Positions 63,384-64,000 of a stretch of 64,000 bases of DNA are shown here, one piece after another (the stretch's first letter is position 1; each line of letters begins with the position of its first letter). The notes under the pieces were generated by a model. The model searched no databases and had not been told where the DNA came from. It saw only the letters and a list, made by a program, of their open reading frames with translations. Source of the stretch: a candidate division WOR-3 bacterium. GTDB taxonomy: Bacteria > Hydrothermota > Tepidihabitantia > SM23-42 > CAYGYG01. The stretch spans positions 1 through 64,000 of the forward strand of contig CBFGIV010000005.1 in assembly GCA_965648915.1 (NCBI GenBank). Direction: 5' to 3'. Made by a program: the position numbers and the translations under genes.

Positions 63384-63911
63384 ATGAATATATTCTTATC
63401 TATTCTATGGATATGTTTAATCGCCCATCCTGGTGATAAGCCAGAGGTCAGGGGCTGGCTCGGGATCGAGGTTGAAGATCTGACTTCTCCTATGAGAAGT
63501 GCCCTTGCTACCGATTATGGGGTGCTGGTTAATTTCGTCAGTTCCAATTCACCCGCCGAGCAAGGGGGTATTAAAGTGGGTGATGTAATTCTGGCCTTCA
63601 ACAGTGAGAAGATATACGAACGATCGGATTTAGAGTATCTGGTCCGGCGAAATCCAGGTAAGAACGCAACTATTACAATATTAAGACGGGGAGAAAAAAA
63701 GGATCTCGATATTAAAATTGGTTCGGTTGAGTATGAGGCATACTGGCTCAAGATACCACCGATTAGATTCCCTGAAGATCTGGAAAGGATGCTGAGGAAC
63801 TTAAAACCAAAATGGGAAGAAGAGATGGGAGATTTAAGACGGGAGATCGATCGATTGAAGAGAGAGGTGGACAGTTTGCGAAAGGAGATCGAGAAGAGGA
63901 CTAAAATTTAG
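63384..63911 (+). CDS. Exported PDZ-domain protein with C-terminal coiled coil
   Basis: RGWLGI, SPAEQGGIKVGDVI; no protease domain. Confidence 0.85.
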   Translation: MNIFLSILWICLIAHPGDKPEVRGWLGIEVEDLTSPMRSALATDYGVLVNFVSSNSPAEQGGIKVGDVILAFNSEKIYERSDLEYLVRRNPGKNATITILRRGEKKDLDIKIGSVEYEAYWLKIPPIRFPEDLERMLRNLKPKWEEEMGDLRREIDRLKREVDSLRKEIEKRTKI

Positions 63912-64000
63912 TGGGTATAATATTATTCTACCTGTTTTTTAATGACATAGAAAAGAGAATCTCTACCCGCCAGGTTGAAATACCGCCAGTCATAGATGGT

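Overview
A 64-kb bacterial chromosomal segment. Gene content suggests a diderm of the FCB-associated candidate phyla, e.g. WOR-3/TA06-like (inference from LpxH, outer-membrane barrel-like proteins and many proteins with T9SS/FlgD-like C-terminal tails). It is mostly housekeeping: queA, rpmF-plsX-fabH, recG, accB/accC, thiE, ndk, pstSCAB-B, ribD/ribE, iscS, proS-rimP-nusA-infB-rbfA-nrnA-truB and hslV. It also holds a 23S-5S rRNA unit with its own promoter and no adjacent 16S, four tRNAs, two IS remnants and seven secreted proteins or fragments sharing a C-terminal sorting-type domain. The most notable signals read from the sequence are: (1) about a dozen operon-leading genes with a near-consensus sigma70 promoter, usually with a 16-bp spacer, whose -10 box sits 5-8 nt from the start codon with no SD, implying pervasive leaderless mRNAs; (2) two tandem paralog pairs (acyl-CoA dehydrogenases, PstB ATPases) with complementary motif loss, implying obligate asymmetric heteromers; (3) a nuclease-free protein made of five ~62-aa basic helical repeats, coupled to ndk; (4) a CTG start for fabH; (5) pilT placed between accB and accC. 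No CRISPR array, prophage or intact transposase was seen.
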